From Balamuthia mandrillaris (taxonomy: Eukaryota), in contig JAVKOQ020000088.1 in NCBI GenBank assembly GCA_031835245.2, positions 124,001-185,970 on the forward strand: 61,970 bases of DNA, in the 5' to 3' direction. Positions 60,010-61,970 of the stretch are shown here, one piece after another. The notes beneath the pieces were generated by a model that worked only from the letters and a program-made list of their open reading frames with translations, was not told where the DNA came from and searched no databases. The stretch's first letter is position 1, and each line of letters opens with the position of its first letter. Both the position numbers and the translations under genes were made by a program.

Positions 60010-61970
60010 ATGCTAATACGAGTATTACTATTTGTTGTTATATTTGTGGTTGTTGATGCTCAAAAATGTTTAAATTCAACATTTTTGACTGCTGATTATG
60101 AAGTTGATATAACAAGTTCAGTTGATCGTTATCGTTGCTCTAAATTTATGATAGCTTGTTCTTATCCCTATAAGTGTGTAAATCATCGTGCTGGTTGCTA
60201 TAAAACATTATCAGTGGATTCATCTTTATCAAATGAGTTAAAAACAGCAATGTGCCCAGGAGTTCACCCTATGGCAAAAAGTATTTCTATAGAATGGGCT
60301 GCTCAACAAGGCATAAAAACTCCATATTGGCTATGGTATTCTCATACACGTGACTCAGCAAAAAAACTTAATTGGAATTATGTTTTTACAGATGACACTG
60401 AAGCTGATTATTTCGTTCCAAAACCATTAAAATCAAAATTCTTAACTTCAGCTGGTGAATTAGTGAAGGATTGTTTACAATGGACTCGTTTTTATGGTGT
60501 TAACACAAATTCTTGGTGTGATAAAATACCTGCACCAGATAGCAATTATAAATATCTTCAAATTTATTCAGAAGTACTAAATGGTGTACGTTCATATTAT
60601 TATTACAAGTGGAAAGACCCAGATCCTGGTTTTTCTTGGCATGAAGATTATGCTCATCTATGTAATCCAAATGATATTAGTAGTGGTTCCACTTATTGTA
60701 TTTGGAGAAAGGATGAAACAGGAATTGGTTCTCCTCCAATGAATAGGCCAGTAAACCAATCCCTTCATTTTGCTAGATATGATGACTTAATACTTTTTCC
60801 AGAAACTACTCGTATTTGGGGAGGATATGCTTGTGATTTAAGTGATCTTACCATTTATAAAAGTCATAAATATAGTTGTTCTTGGCAATTCACAGCAGGG
60901 CCTGTTACAAATTGTCGTGATTATGTGACAAACAAAGTAAATCCTCAGTTTTGTACACGAACTAAAGATTGTAGTTGGTCTTGGACACATTGCTCTGATA
61001 CAAAAGCCAGGCAATCAGCATATAGAGATGATGACTTTGAAGACTTAACTTCTCCAAAAGTTGAATCTTTGGGGGTTGTTGCTGCAGTTTATTCAAGAGA
61101 CAATAAGGAAGCAAGTCCATATTATCCTGGTGTATCAGGACTCCAAAATAATATTTGTTTTTTCTTGGAATGTATACAGTCACACTCTTGGACATATTCT
61201 ACTGTTGCATATCAAACAACTTGTAATGATACCTGTTGTAGTTTAAGATATACTTCAGATCTGACTGAAATCCTCACACCACAAGGTGAAAACTTTTGTT
61301 GTGCTAATAATCTTTATAATGGTGTATACAAGAGGCCTTTTTTTCCTGCTCCAGCATTACCAACTTATTCTGTTCAACATATTTTAACACACCATGCCAA
61401 TGACCCATTTTATAAATCTACTGTAGCCTTATTTGGACTAACTAAAGTATGTGGGGTAAAAATATATAACTATCCTGATAATGCAGACTTAAACCAATTT
61501 CAATCTTGGGCTCGTGGTGCCTTGCCAGCCACCATCAGTAGTAATGACATTTCTCAATTTAGCTCAACAGTCTATGATCCAACAGTGTATACTGCAACTC
61601 GCTTTAATAATGCTTTTCCTGAAGGCATGTCTGATAGTGCTATATTTGACGTTTCTAAGTTTAAATCATATTATTTTCCAGCTGGGCAGTACTTCAACAC
61701 ACAAGCTGCTTTAAAAATGGTAAAATACAGAGCAAAGACTGTTGATTATACAGAACGTATTAGTAAGTTGAACCAAGTATATGGTGATAATTATGTTACA
61801 AGTATGGCCTTTTCTCCTGTTGCTTGTAGCATATTACAAACTCCATATGTGTATATGGTCAATTCTAAGCCCACCATTTATATTCCATCTAATGCTATAT
61901 GTCTTGAATATACCAGAGTTGGAGCAACCTCAGGCTATCAAAAATCGTTGCTAACTAATTTCTATGCTAA
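60010..61970 (+). CDS. B3-C fusion: secreted Cys-rich protein, more than 650 aa, runs off the window
   Basis: Absent from the ORF track because it has no stop; manual translation is open from ATG 60010 to the end; signal peptide MLIRVLLFVVIFVVVDA; N-half matches B2, C-half matches gene C. Confidence 0.85.
   Translation, partial: MLIRVLLFVVIFVVVDAQKCLNSTFLTADYEVDITSSVDRYRCSKFMIACSYPYKCVNHRAGCYKTLSVDSSLSNELKTAMCPGVHPMAKSISIEWAAQQGIKTPYWLWYSHTRDSAKKLNWNYVFTDDTEADYFVPKPLKSKFLTSAGELVKDCLQWTRFYGVNTNSWCDKIPAPDSNYKYLQIYSEVLNGVRSYYYYKWKDPDPGFSWHEDYAHLCNPNDISSGSTYCIWRKDETGIGSPPMNRPVNQSLHFARYDDLILFPETTRIWGGYACDLSDLTIYKSHKYSCSWQFTAGPVTNCRDYVTNKVNPQFCTRTKDCSWSWTHCSDTKARQSAYRDDDFEDLTSPKVESLGVVAAVYSRDNKEASPYYPGVSGLQNNICFFLECIQSHSWTYSTVAYQTTCNDTCCSLRYTSDLTEILTPQGENFCCANNLYNGVYKRPFFPAPALPTYSVQHILTHHANDPFYKSTVALFGLTKVCGVKIYNYPDNADLNQFQSWARGALPATISSNDISQFSSTVYDPTVYTATRFNNAFPEGMSDSAIFDVSKFKSYYFPAGQYFNTQAALKMVKYRAKTVDYTERISKLNQVYGDNYVTSMAFSPVACSILQTPYVYMVNSKPTIYIPSNAICLEYTRVGATSGYQKSLLTNFYA

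Overview
Eukaryotic genomic DNA with GT-AG introns and abundant (CT)n/(GAA)n microsatellites. The style suggests a free-living amoebozoan (Balamuthia-like; inference only). The left part (1-28 kb) is compact housekeeping territory: fasciclin, CRYZL1-like, GNAT, GT61, sulfotransferase, a Net1-N-like coiled-coil protein, PIP kinase, TSR2, PSMA2, PI synthase, GatB, RRM1 and an ABP34-like protein. Four upstream regions there share a telomere-like CGCTAACCCTAACCT motif. The right part (28-62 kb) is an accessory region with nested Copia LTR retroelements, a CMC/EnSpm-like DNA transposon inserted into the RT YVDD motif, MITE/solo-LTR-like elements and a calpain-III/ankyrin gene with a captured partial copy. 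The main find is a head-to-head gene pair present three times: a divergent secreted pepsin-like aspartic protease (A) and a secreted Cys-rich protein I cannot assign to any family (B). A third module (C) is a free gene next to cassette 1 but is fused to B in cassette 3. The shared promoter has a conserved palindrome and a ~100 bp segment that is inverted between cassettes 1 and 2, pointing toward the undisrupted partner in each. Coordinates were counted by hand, and exon boundaries of multi-exon genes are approximate.
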